From positions 97,651 through 161,650 of the forward strand of contig JBDROF010000018.1 in the NCBI GenBank assembly GCA_043810345.1: a stretch of DNA of 64,000 bases, given 5' to 3'. Below, piece by piece: positions 7,775-17,406 of the stretch (positions are counted from its first letter, which is position 1; each line of letters opens with the position of its first letter). The notes beneath the pieces are model-generated. The model made no database searches, had not been told where the DNA came from, and was given only the letters and a program-made list of their open reading frames with translations. The position numbers were made by a program, and so were the translations under genes. This DNA comes from Bacteroidota bacterium. Lineage in GTDB: Bacteria > Bacteroidota > Bacteroidia > Bacteroidales > FEN-979.

Positions 7775-10321
7775 ATGAAAACTACTCTGAAACTAATCCT
7801 CATCAAGTGTATCTCTGGTTTGATCCTTTTAACCGGAAGCTTTCCTCTCGCTGCCCAGGAACAGAAAAACACCATTCCCCTGGATGGGATCTGGCAACTG
7901 AGGCAACAAGGATCTTCTAAAATCTTAAATGCTGTTGTCCCGGGAGATATTTTCATGGACCTTCAGCGCAACAAGGTAATCCCTGATCCCTTTTTCTCAG
8001 CCAATGAAGAGAAACTCCAGTGGATTGGCGATACCGGATGGGTGTACGAAAAATACTTTGAGCTGGATCGTACTTTTTTTACCAACCGGCACATGCAACT
8101 GGTATGTGAGGGGTTGGACACCTACGCGAATGTGTATATCAACGACTCTCTGGTGATCACCGCAGATAACATGTTCAAGACTTGGTACGCAAGTTTGAAG
8201 GGAATTCTTCGAATCGGGTATAATAAAATTAAAATCGAGTTTCCCTCTGTCACCAAACTGAATAAGGCCTTTTATGATAAACTGAAATACAAACTCCCTG
8301 GTGATGAGCGGGTTGTATGCCGGAAAGCCGCTTACCAATTTGGCTGGGACTGGAGTCCCCGGTTTGTTACCATGGGCATCTGGCGTCCCATTTACATTAA
8401 ATACAGCAGATATGTGGATGTGCTTGGCGTCAACTTCATTCAGAAAAGCCTGACCGATTCCATCGCCAGGATGTCTGCTTCCTTTGTTATAAATTCCACT
8501 CTGGCTGACACGGCCGATTTTAAGTTGATGTTTGATTCCACCGTATTTTTCAGCGGACGCGAGTTACTTAAAAAAGGGATCAATGTCATTCGTATCGATT
8601 TCGATATGACCAACCCTAAACGATGGTGGCCAAATGGTTTTGGGGCTCCTACACGCTATAATCTGGGATATCAGGTATGGTTTGCCGGACGAAAAGAGGC
8701 TGAAGGTCATCAAAAGATTGGTCTGCGTACCGTGGAACTGGTTCAAACGCCTGATTCCATCGGGACATCATTCTATTTGAATATCAATGATGTCCCAGTT
8801 TTTATCCGCGGAGCGAATTACATTCCGATGGACAATTTCCCTTCACGAGTGACTGATTCGATGTATACCGCTCTGATTATGGATGTGGATGCAGCGAACA
8901 TGAATATGCTCCGTGTTTGGGGAGGTGGCATTTATGAAAACGATATTTTCTATGACCTTTGTGATGAGAAGGGAATCATGGTATGGCAGGATTTCATGTT
9001 TGCCAATGCCATGTACCCCGAGGATAATCAGTTCCTCAACAGCGTGAGGGACGAAGTGATCCAAAACATTGTAAGACTACGGCATCATCCATCCATTGTT
9101 CTTTGGTGCGGAAATAACGAGATCGAAGAGGGCTGGTTAAACTGGGGCTGGGTGAAAGAATATGGCTACAACAAGCAGGATTCTTCACGGATTTACCGTA
9201 ACTACCGGAAGATCTTTCATGAGTTCATCCCTTACGCATTGCTCCGGCACGATACCCTGCGTCCTTACATCCCCACCAGTCCCATGCATGGCTGGGGACG
9301 GGAAGAGAGCCTGAAGGAGGGTGATTTTCATTACTGGGGCGTCTGGTGGGGAAAAGAGCCTTTCGAAAAATACAATGAAAAAGTGGGTCGGTTTGTATCC
9401 GAGTATGGGTTTCAGGGTTTCCCTGATTACACCACCATTGAAAAATTTACCTTTCCGGCCGACCGGCAACCAGGCTCTAATGCCATGAAAGCACACCAGA
9501 AAAGTTCGGTGGGCTATGAGACGATTCAGGAATATATGGAACACTATTACAAGGTTCCTACCGACTTTTCCATGTACGGGTATGTTAGTCAGCTTCTCCA
9601 GGCTGATGGCCTGAAAACAGCTATCGATGCTCATCGTCGTGCGAAACCTACCTGCATGGGAACCCTTTATTGGCAACTGAACGACTCCTGGCCTGTTATC
9701 TCCTGGTCTACCCGCGATTATTTCGGAAAAAAGAAAGCTTCATACTGGGCTGCCTATCATGCCTACCGTGACTTCTTTGTATCTCCAGTGATGGAAGGGG
9801 ACAGACTGAAAGTCTACGCCACTTTTGATGAACCGGAAAACCAACAGGCTGAGCTTCGGGTGGTGTTGGTTGATTTTGACGGAAAAGTGCTCTGGCAAGA
9901 GGTGAAAACGTACGACTTTTCAGCTAAAAAAACAGAAATTGTGACGGACACCAACCTGTCGTCATACCTCGCCGGAGTAGATAAATCCAACCTATTCATC
10001 TACGCTCAAATCAAGAATATTCTTGGAATCAGGGCAAGCAATCTAAACTACTTCGTACCACCCAAAGAGATGAAGCTGGAAAAAGCACCTATCGAGATCA
10101 CGGTACAGAAGAGCCAAGGTGGTTACGACATCGAGCTCTACACGACAAAACTGGCGAAAGGGGTCTACCTGAGCACCCCGGTAGCCGGCGAGTTCACCGA
10201 TAACTATTTTGATCTCATGCCATTTGAAGTAAAATGGATCAAGTTTGTCACCCAGGAGACCCCGATTAGTTTGCAGGATTCAATAAAAGTGATTTCCCTG
10301 ATTGATTCCTATCCAGAATAG
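7775..10321 (+). CDS. Beta-mannosidase, glycoside hydrolase family 2, secreted
   Basis: Signal peptide MKTTLKLILIKCISGLILLTGSFPLAAQ. Motifs: VPGDIFMDL..VIPDPFF..NE..QWIGDTGWVY, RGANYIPMD, MLRVWGGGIYE, WQDFMFA, WCGNNE, SEYGFQGFP. ATG 7775 is preferred over the track's TTG at 7748. Confidence 0.88.
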   Translation: MKTTLKLILIKCISGLILLTGSFPLAAQEQKNTIPLDGIWQLRQQGSSKILNAVVPGDIFMDLQRNKVIPDPFFSANEEKLQWIGDTGWVYEKYFELDRTFFTNRHMQLVCEGLDTYANVYINDSLVITADNMFKTWYASLKGILRIGYNKIKIEFPSVTKLNKAFYDKLKYKLPGDERVVCRKAAYQFGWDWSPRFVTMGIWRPIYIKYSRYVDVLGVNFIQKSLTDSIARMSASFVINSTLADTADFKLMFDSTVFFSGRELLKKGINVIRIDFDMTNPKRWWPNGFGAPTRYNLGYQVWFAGRKEAEGHQKIGLRTVELVQTPDSIGTSFYLNINDVPVFIRGANYIPMDNFPSRVTDSMYTALIMDVDAANMNMLRVWGGGIYENDIFYDLCDEKGIMVWQDFMFANAMYPEDNQFLNSVRDEVIQNIVRLRHHPSIVLWCGNNEIEEGWLNWGWVKEYGYNKQDSSRIYRNYRKIFHEFIPYALLRHDTLRPYIPTSPMHGWGREESLKEGDFHYWGVWWGKEPFEKYNEKVGRFVSEYGFQGFPDYTTIEKFTFPADRQPGSNAMKAHQKSSVGYETIQEYMEHYYKVPTDFSMYGYVSQLLQADGLKTAIDAHRRAKPTCMGTLYWQLNDSWPVISWSTRDYFGKKKASYWAAYHAYRDFFVSPVMEGDRLKVYATFDEPENQQAELRVVLVDFDGKVLWQEVKTYDFSAKKTEIVTDTNLSSYLAGVDKSNLFIYAQIKNILGIRASNLNYFVPPKEMKLEKAPIEITVQKSQGGYDIELYTTKLAKGVYLSTPVAGEFTDNYFDLMPFEVKWIKFVTQETPISLQDSIKVISLIDSYPE

Positions 10322-10395
10322 TACTATGGTGAGATGGGGAGGGGCTGAAAGAGATCTAGCTATTTTTTAAATGAGAAGGATAGTATATTTATTAA

Positions 10396-10629
10396 TAGGA
10401 GCTATCCTGTACGGAAAGACTGATCTTCTCCCCTGCCGGGATCTCTATCCATAAATTCTCCCAGAAAGATTACGAACCCAGGACCCTGGAGCAATGGACA
10501 GACCTTAATTCTCCTGCACAGGTCCGGTACGTGAAGGTAGTAGCCAAGACGCCAGGGATCTGTCCCGACTGGCTTCCGGGAGCGGGAAACAAGTGCTGGA
10601 TCTTTGCAGATGAGATCAGCGTTGAGTGA
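10396..10629 (+). pseudogene. Orphan C-terminal gene fragment with no start codon (possibly the end of a discoidin/F5-8 type C-like domain protein)
   Basis: A 78-codon open frame begins directly after three stops, has no ATG/GTG/TTG, and ends ..VRYVKVVAKTPGICPDWLPGAGNKCWIFADEISVE*. The composition looks protein-like. The family guess is from memory only. Confidence 0.35.
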
Positions 10630-10719
10630 TGGCTTTAATGGGCATGAATTACGATTAATATTTCGTAACTTTACATAGTTAACCTCAATGTAGTAACCTG
10701 TTCCCAAAACGAAAATCTT

Positions 10720-12193
10720 ATGAAAAGAGTATTTTTTGCATTTATTGGTGGAATGGCCATGACCTTTTTATGCTTTCCCACCCAAGCGTGTACGACCATG
10801 ATCGTCACCAAAGGAGCCAGCGCCGATGGTTCCATGTCTGCCATATGAGGAGATCTGGAAGATCCTGGGACATAAAAACGAACAATCATTGGGAAAACCA
10901 TTACGGATATTCTACTCCCAGGAACTATCCCGGATTGCATTGGAAAATTGTAAAACCGCCAGGGAGGCCATCATGCTCATGGGAAAGTTGCTTGAAAAAT
11001 ACGGATATTATTCCACGGGTGAAACGTTGCTTGTGGCCGACGCTGATGAAGCCTGGGTTTTCGAGATGTGTGCATTACCTGATGAAGTATATCACTCTGT
11101 TTGGGTGGCCCAGCGCGTTCCTGACGGAGAGTTTTTTGTGGCTGCTAACGAATTCCGGATCCGTTACCTGGTCAAGGACAATCCGGATAGCTTTCTCTAT
11201 TCAGAATACCTGATCACCGGTTTGAAAAAACTAGGATGGTGGGATGAAGAAAAAGAGGGTCCCGTTGACTGGTTAAAAGCTGTCAGTCCGGGTGAGTACA
11301 ACCATCCCTATTACTCCCTCCGACGTGTATGGAGGGTACTTGACCGTGTGAATCCCGATCTGGGTTTATCGCCCTGGGCAGAGGATGGGTATACATTTGA
11401 TTACCCGTTCTCCGTCAGGCCGAAGGAGAAGGTTGCCATCAACGATATCTTTTCATTGTATCGCGACCATTACGAGGGCACAGAATTCGATCTGACGAAG
11501 GGAGTGGCAGCTGGACCGTATGGTGATCCTCACAGGTTTGTCGGGCCTTACGACGGAAACCAGAATGATGTAACACAAGACAAAAAGTTGCTGGGAGCCT
11601 GGGAACGAGCAATCTCTGTCTTTTACCAGGGGTACACCTATGTGTGTCAGCTCCGACCTCATCAGCCTGAAATTACAAAAGGAATTGTCTGGTTTGGCCC
11701 AGACGTCTCCTATACAACCGTATTTATGCCATTTTATGCCTGGGTGAACAAGTTGCCGGAAACAATGCAGACCGGTGGTCCTCAAAAATTTTACGGAAAG
11801 TGTGCCTGGTGGCCGTTTAACTTTGTCAATAACTGGTCCCGGTTAAATTTCCAGCAGATGACCAGGTCCGACATCAAACCATTGCAGTTTCAACTGGAGC
11901 AAGAGGAGCAAGAGGTAATTTTGCTGACAGATCAGTCAGTTATAGATCTCACGCCCGAAAAAGCCCGTGAAATGCTCACCGACAAATGCAGCGCCAATGC
12001 AGACAACATCATCTCCCACTGGTGGCAACTGGCAGCCACCCTCGTTGCCAAGTATTCCGATGGATATATCAACCTGCCAGATGGGGAATATTCCACTCCG
12101 GCATTCAACCCGACCCGGATGATCGGATATCCCGCTTTCTGGTTAAACCAGACCGATTACAGTTGGGGCCCTACATCCTATAAAATGAAGTAA
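10720..12193 (+). pseudogene. Peptidase C69 family dipeptidase, disrupted by a frameshift plus an apparent internal deletion near the N-terminus
   Basis: The frame-1 piece at 10720-10848 encodes a signal peptide and the catalytic N-terminus (..FPTQACTTMIVTKGASADGSMSAI*). The rest (10826-12193, other frame) resumes at ..ELSRIALENCKTAREAIMLMGKLLEKYGYYSTGETLLVADADEAWVFEM. About 80-100 aa normally lie between these blocks in C69 enzymes, by my recollection of the family. Confidence 0.6.
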
Positions 12194-12214
12194 AACCATC
12201 TAAAAAGTTTAGCC

Positions 12215-13270
12215 ATGCGTACCACCTTACTTCTGATTTATTGCCTGCTAGGATTGTCTACAATAAAGAATTTCGGACAAGACAAACCCCTTATCTACAT
12301 CCTTGCCACTGGAGGAACCATTGCCGGTGTTGGGACATCGGAGACAAGCTCGGGCTATACATCCGGAGTGGTCTCTGTTGATAAGATCATCTCTTCAGCA
12401 CCTGAGATCCTGCAACTGGCACAGATCAAAGGGGAACAGGTTGTGAACATTCCGAGCCAGGACATGACGGAGGCCGACTGGCTGATCATTGCCAAACGTG
12501 TGAACCAATTACTTGCGAAGGCGGATGTGACTGGCGTGGTTATCACCCATGGTACGGATACCATGGAAGAGACTGCATACTTCCTGAACCTGGTGGTTAA
12601 AAGTGACAAACCGGTAGTACTTGTTGGTGCAATGAGACCTTCTACCGAACTCAGTGCCGATGGACCCATGAATGTCTACGAGGGTGTTGTAGTTGCCGCC
12701 AGCAGGGAATCTGTAGGAAGAGGAGTGATGATCGTGATGGATGATAAGATATGCAGTGCTGATGATGCATTAAAGACATGGACCACCGCGCTCGAGACCT
12801 TCAAATGTCCCAATTTCGGATTCCTGGGATATGTTTACAACAGCCAGCCGATCTTCACGCGGAAATCTCTGGTCCGGCATACCACTTCCAGTGAGTTCGA
12901 AATCACGGGAGTGAGTACATTACCAAACATTGAGATCGTTTACGGCTATACCGGAATTGATTCGCTGTTTGTCACCACCGCCATTGAGAAAGGAGCGAAA
13001 GGAATTGTATATGCCGGCGTCGGGAACGGGAATCCAAACACGTCGAACCTGAATGCCCTGGCAGATGCCGTGAAGAAAGGAATTCCGGTGGTTCGATCTG
13101 CACGGACGCCATTTGGTCCAACTACACAACACGACGAGGTGGATGACGACAAATATGGGTTTTCGGCATCCTGGTTCAAAACGCCGGAGAAATCAAGGAT
13201 CCTGTTGATGATGGCTTTGATGAAGACAAAGGACTACAAAGAGATACAACGTATGTTTGTGGAATACTAA
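12215..13270 (+). CDS. ansB: L-asparaginase, type II (periplasmic)
   Basis: 351 aa with a signal peptide. Motifs: ILATGGTIAG and ITHGTDTMEETAYFLNL. Confidence 0.92.
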   Translation: MRTTLLLIYCLLGLSTIKNFGQDKPLIYILATGGTIAGVGTSETSSGYTSGVVSVDKIISSAPEILQLAQIKGEQVVNIPSQDMTEADWLIIAKRVNQLLAKADVTGVVITHGTDTMEETAYFLNLVVKSDKPVVLVGAMRPSTELSADGPMNVYEGVVVAASRESVGRGVMIVMDDKICSADDALKTWTTALETFKCPNFGFLGYVYNSQPIFTRKSLVRHTTSSEFEITGVSTLPNIEIVYGYTGIDSLFVTTAIEKGAKGIVYAGVGNGNPNTSNLNALADAVKKGIPVVRSARTPFGPTTQHDEVDDDKYGFSASWFKTPEKSRILLMMALMKTKDYKEIQRMFVEY

Positions 13271-13310
13271 CCTATTGCCATTAATTGTACATGGATGCCA
13301 TTGATTACAG

Positions 13311-14207
13311 ATGTATTCTGATAAAGGGAAAGTAAAATCCGACATGCTTCTGCTGCTGGCTGCGGCGATCTGGGGATTTGCTTTTGTGGCGCAGCGTGTT
13401 GGCATGGATTATGTTGGGCCGTTTACCTTTTCGGCAGTCAGGTTTAGCCTGGGCTGCCTGGTACTGATTCCTTTTCTTTTTTTTCGCAGGCACCTGGTAT
13501 ATAACCGATTGAACCCTTCCAGAAAGGAGAAAAAAAAAATAGTCTGGCTTCAGTTCCTTCTGGGACTGCTTGTCTTTGGAGGGGTTTCGTTTCAGCAGTA
13601 CGGGCTAGTATATACCACCGCAGGCAACGCTGGATTTATTACTGGATTGTATGTTGTGTTTGTCCCTGTCGCCGGACTCTTCCTTGGTCATCGCAACCAT
13701 TTCACCATCTGGATTGGGGTCTTACTGGCCCTTACAGGTCTCTATTTCCTGAGTGTAAAAGAGGGATTTACTATCAACTTTGGAGATTCCCTGGTCTTCA
13801 TCTGCGCCCTGATCTGGACGTCACACGTCATCATTGTCGGAAATGTTGCTCCACGAACCGATCCGATCCGCACAGCAATCATTCAATTCTCGATTTGTGG
13901 AGTGCTGAGTTGGATCGTTGCGATCGGTTTCGAGGAGATCAGCCTGCAACCGCTCCTGGATGCTCTCTGGCCGATCCTTTATGGAGGTGTGATGTCAGTT
14001 GGAATCGGCTACACCATTCAGGTGTTCGCCCAGCAGAAAGCTCATCCGGCTTATGCCTCCATCATCTTAAGCATGGAGTCGGTGTTTGCGGTGTTCGGAG
14101 GCTGGCTGTTACTGGGAGAAGCCGTTACCGGTAAGATCCTGCTTGGATGCTGTTTGATGCTTGCGGGGATGGTTGTGACGCAAGTGAAGGGATTTACCAG
14201 ACTTTAA
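13311..14207 (+). CDS. DMT superfamily (EamA-like) transporter
   Basis: 298 aa, about 10 hydrophobic segments, LLLLAAAIWGFAFVAQRVGM, duplicated EamA-like halves. The start could instead be the ATG at 13344. Confidence 0.8.
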   Translation: MYSDKGKVKSDMLLLLAAAIWGFAFVAQRVGMDYVGPFTFSAVRFSLGCLVLIPFLFFRRHLVYNRLNPSRKEKKKIVWLQFLLGLLVFGGVSFQQYGLVYTTAGNAGFITGLYVVFVPVAGLFLGHRNHFTIWIGVLLALTGLYFLSVKEGFTINFGDSLVFICALIWTSHVIIVGNVAPRTDPIRTAIIQFSICGVLSWIVAIGFEEISLQPLLDALWPILYGGVMSVGIGYTIQVFAQQKAHPAYASIILSMESVFAVFGGWLLLGEAVTGKILLGCCLMLAGMVVTQVKGFTRL

Positions 14208-15906
14208 TCAGTGGTACCGTCACACACGAAGTACCGGTCTTTGCTCTGCAATAATAATATCCGGTTGGGAGTTCCGACGGCTGATACTGGATCGTATGAA
14301 TTCCCGGTTGCCGTGTAGTGGCAATCAGGGTCTCAACGATATGTCCATACAGATTCAGGATCTCTATCTTCACAAATCCTTCTGCAGGTAATATGTACCG
14401 GATCGTGGTTCTGCTGGTAAAGGGATTCGGATAGCAGGTCACCGCCAGGGTATTGGCTCCGGCAGAAGCATCATCAATGGCAATATAGGTGGGGGTGATG
14501 TGACTGTAGTAGACATCCTGCTCGCCGTTCAGGGTGTTGGCCCACGCAAGATGAACTCCCGACTCATCGGATCGCATGTCGAAATAGTCGCCCATCTTCT
14601 GCTGCTGTGGCCAGCCCACATGGGGATCAAAGAGTTCGGAAAGCTGTTCGTTGGGCGACCAGGTTTCCCCTGCATCAGTGGAATAGGAATAATAGAGGGC
14701 GGAGAGGTAGCTGCCTGTGGGGGCATCGCGGGTATCGAGCCATACTACGTCGATCCGGCCGGCAGGGGCTACCGACATGGTTCCAAACCACTGGTAATGG
14801 CCATTCTCCGGGTCATCATTGATCCGGACAGGGAAGAGACTCCAGGTCTGTCCGCCATCTGTGCTACGGGAGAACATGACATCGGCAGGATCTCCGGCAG
14901 CCGGTCGCTCGACCGAAGCCAGCACATAAACGTTTCCCCTGCCGGACCCTTCGGAAATATCCACACCGATATCGGCTTGTCCCATCAATCCCGCCGGATT
15001 TACAGGAGACTGGATGGCAAGGTGACCATCGAGAAATACCTGTTCGGCGAGATCCCAGGTTACGACATAGGCCGGACTTTGAGCGGTAGTGGATTTTGAA
15101 ACAACTACTCCCTCGTCTTCTCCAGCACCGGTGATATACAACTCCCCATCCGGTCCCACTGCCATGGTGCCCCAATAGGGGAAACCCTGAACAGCAACAC
15201 AACTCTGGTAGGAGTTTCCCCCATCCGTTGACCGTGTGAAAAACCCCGGGTAACAGGAGCTGTAATAAGCTGTCCAGAAGGAATAAATGTTCCCGGTACC
15301 TACTCCTTCCGTTTTATCGATCACCATCCATTGTTTATCTCCTCCCCTGGCATTGACGCCATCATCCCAAAGGGCTCCCCCGTCGTCACTCCGGAAGACC
15401 TGGCAGGTATAGGTATATCCGTCAGAGGTCAGGCTGTTGTAATAGATCATACCATCTGGATCCGAATCCAGCACAGGATCGGAACGGAAAATTCCCGGTT
15501 CGATCACCCCCGGAAATGTCCAGGTTTGCCCGCCATCCAAAGTATAACCGTAGCCTGCCTGCCTGAAATTGCTGCCGATATTGTCGAACTGTCGCCACCC
15601 GATCACCATGACATCCGGATTGGTCGGATCTACAGCTATGGAAGGCTCATTGGCGGCATCATCAGGAATATTGTACCCGTTTTCATCTACATTTACCTGA
15701 GTGGTGAAGACGGAGGAGTTAATATAGGTATACCCTTTTGCCGGCGTCATCTGACTGCCGGAAGGAGGCATATAGAGGTCATCGGGCATCTCCCGGTGCA
15801 GGGAAGCCCGGTTTGTATTATCGTTGAGATCCTGAGCAAAAAGGGTTGGTTTAATAGTCAAGAACAGGATGACAAACAAGACTATTCTAAAAGACAGAGT
15901 GTTCAT
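14194..15906 (-). CDS. Secreted BNR/Asp-box repeat (sialidase-fold) protein with T9SS C-terminal sorting domain
   Basis: Signal peptide. Five SxDxGxTW-type boxes (LDGGQTWT, SDDGGALWD, STDGGNSYQ, STDGGQTWS, STDAGETWS). The C-terminus CYPNPFTSRTTIRYILPAEGFVKIEILNLYGHIVETL...GYYYCRAK is typical of Por/T9SS CTDs. Confidence 0.88.
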   Translation of the reverse strand: MNTLSFRIVLFVILFLTIKPTLFAQDLNDNTNRASLHREMPDDLYMPPSGSQMTPAKGYTYINSSVFTTQVNVDENGYNIPDDAANEPSIAVDPTNPDVMVIGWRQFDNIGSNFRQAGYGYTLDGGQTWTFPGVIEPGIFRSDPVLDSDPDGMIYYNSLTSDGYTYTCQVFRSDDGGALWDDGVNARGGDKQWMVIDKTEGVGTGNIYSFWTAYYSSCYPGFFTRSTDGGNSYQSCVAVQGFPYWGTMAVGPDGELYITGAGEDEGVVVSKSTTAQSPAYVVTWDLAEQVFLDGHLAIQSPVNPAGLMGQADIGVDISEGSGRGNVYVLASVERPAAGDPADVMFSRSTDGGQTWSLFPVRINDDPENGHYQWFGTMSVAPAGRIDVVWLDTRDAPTGSYLSALYYSYSTDAGETWSPNEQLSELFDPHVGWPQQQKMGDYFDMRSDESGVHLAWANTLNGEQDVYYSHITPTYIAIDDASAGANTLAVTCYPNPFTSRTTIRYILPAEGFVKIEILNLYGHIVETLIATTRQPGIHTIQYQPSELPTGYYYCRAKTGTSCVTVPLIKVW

Positions 15907-15965
15907 ATCAGAGATTTTTTTACAAAGGTAATAGTTTAGAGAACATGCAGTACTTATACTTATTA

Positions 15966-16008
15966 CACAAGGATCACGAAGGTTGCACAGAGATCCACGA
16001 AGATCGAT
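15966..16008. repeat. Intergenic short stutter repeat
   Basis: caaggatcacgaagg..agatccacgaagatcg. Confidence 0.6.
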
Positions 16009-16056
16009 GAAAATTGAGCAAGAAAATGATTTATAAGGGAGATTGGATCAATTCTG

Positions 16057-16064
16057 TAATTTTG
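16057..16064 (+). promoter_or_regulatory. Candidate -7 box (TAnnTTTG) upstream of the M64 peptidase gene
   Basis: taattttg lies 16 nt upstream of the ATG at 16081. Confidence 0.4.
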
Positions 16065-16080
16065 TGTAAAACTTACATCC

Positions 16081-17406
16081 ATGTTTAAACAATTCATCTG
16101 GTTATTCCTGTTCCAGCTCCTGGCCACATCTTCCATTGTGGCTCAGGATGTTTCTATTACACCGGTCATTGATCAGGCATCAGAGAAAAACCTCTTCGAT
16201 CAGTTTTTCACCGGCAAGACCCTGCGGATCGATTACTTACTTGCCGGGAATGATGAAGTGGCGAATATCTACCTCTGGCAACTAAAAGAGGAACCGTTCT
16301 GGGGTGGTCCCCGGAAAAACCTCCTTGATCCCTGGAATTCAGGTAATTTCCGATTTTCAGTGTTCGACTCGGCAACGGGAACCCTCCTGTACCGGAAAGG
16401 ATTCTCCACCCTTTTTGAGGAGTACCAGGGGACACCCGAGGCAAAGCAGGTCGCCCGCGGTTATCCGATGACCGCCACCCTGCCCTATCCGCTTAAACCG
16501 GTTCGTTTTGAGATTGATAAACGCGCCTATGCCACCGGAGCGTTTGAATGCCTGTTTACGCTGGATATTGATCCGCAGGATTACTTCATCCTGCATGAAC
16601 CGGTTGAGCCCAACCCTGTGACACCCCTTGTCGATCCCGGTGATCCTGCCACACAACTGGATATTGTCTTCCTGGCTGAGGGGTATACAGTGGATGAGAT
16701 GACTAAATTCTTGGATGACGCCCGCCGGATCAGCAACTATTTTCTCTCCGTAGCTCCCTTTAATGATTATACCGAGAAAATCAACTTCTGGGCGATAGAA
16801 TCCCCTTCGGTTGGTTCGGGAATCGACATTCCGGGAAAACGGGAGTATGTAAATACGCGCTTCAACAGCAGCTTTTACACTTTCGACAGTGACCGGTACC
16901 TCACCACGCCAGATACCTGGAGTATGCGGGATGCGGCGGCCAATGTTCCGTACGATCAGATCATCATCCTGGATAATAGCAGGAAATACGGCGGAGGCGG
17001 GTTTTATAATCACTATTGCCAGAGTACCGTAGATAATGAATGGAGTGAGATCGTGACCATTCATGAGTTTGGTCATGCTTTTGGCGGACTGGCCGACGAA
17101 TATGTAGGCGGGGTGAATTATGACGGTTTTTACAACCTGGAGATGGAACCCTGGGAGCCGAATATTACCACAAACGTAGACTTCGGTTCCAAATGGAAAT
17201 CGATGATCCATGATACCATTCCCGTGCCAACTCCAAGGGACTCAACCTACCAGCATGTTGTGGGTTTGTTCGAAGGGGGTGGATACATGGCCAAAGGTAT
17301 CTTCAGTCCGGTGATGAACTGCCGGATGAAAGAGAACAGTGCCAAAGGTTTTTGTCCGGTCTGCCGCGAAGCCATCCGCCAGAAGATCCTCTTTTACTGT
17401 GACTAA
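16081..17406 (+). CDS. Peptidase M64 (IgA-peptidase-like) family zinc metalloprotease, secreted
   Basis: 441 aa with a signal peptide. It has the HExxH context IVTIHEFGHAFGGLADEY that is characteristic of M64. Confidence 0.85.
   Translation: MFKQFIWLFLFQLLATSSIVAQDVSITPVIDQASEKNLFDQFFTGKTLRIDYLLAGNDEVANIYLWQLKEEPFWGGPRKNLLDPWNSGNFRFSVFDSATGTLLYRKGFSTLFEEYQGTPEAKQVARGYPMTATLPYPLKPVRFEIDKRAYATGAFECLFTLDIDPQDYFILHEPVEPNPVTPLVDPGDPATQLDIVFLAEGYTVDEMTKFLDDARRISNYFLSVAPFNDYTEKINFWAIESPSVGSGIDIPGKREYVNTRFNSSFYTFDSDRYLTTPDTWSMRDAAANVPYDQIIILDNSRKYGGGGFYNHYCQSTVDNEWSEIVTIHEFGHAFGGLADEYVGGVNYDGFYNLEMEPWEPNITTNVDFGSKWKSMIHDTIPVPTPRDSTYQHVVGLFEGGGYMAKGIFSPVMNCRMKENSAKGFCPVCREAIRQKILFYCD

Noticed and set aside
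10402-10940. Minus-strand ORFs 10402-10707 and 10671-10940
   Set aside because: They have no motifs, an odd composition, and are antisense to the + strand gene remnants (the orphan C-terminal fragment and the C69 N-terminus), which explain the open frames better.
16357-17211. 284-aa minus-strand ORF
   Set aside because: It is antisense to the M64 peptidase gene (HEFGHAFGGLADEY on the + strand) and has no motifs of its own.
17339-17398. ATG at 17339 as the activase start
   Set aside because: It would add a 20-aa non-conserved extension and overlap the M64 gene by 68 nt. The GTG at 17399 gives the canonical M-TKGLIFDIKRFAVHDGPG N-terminus.
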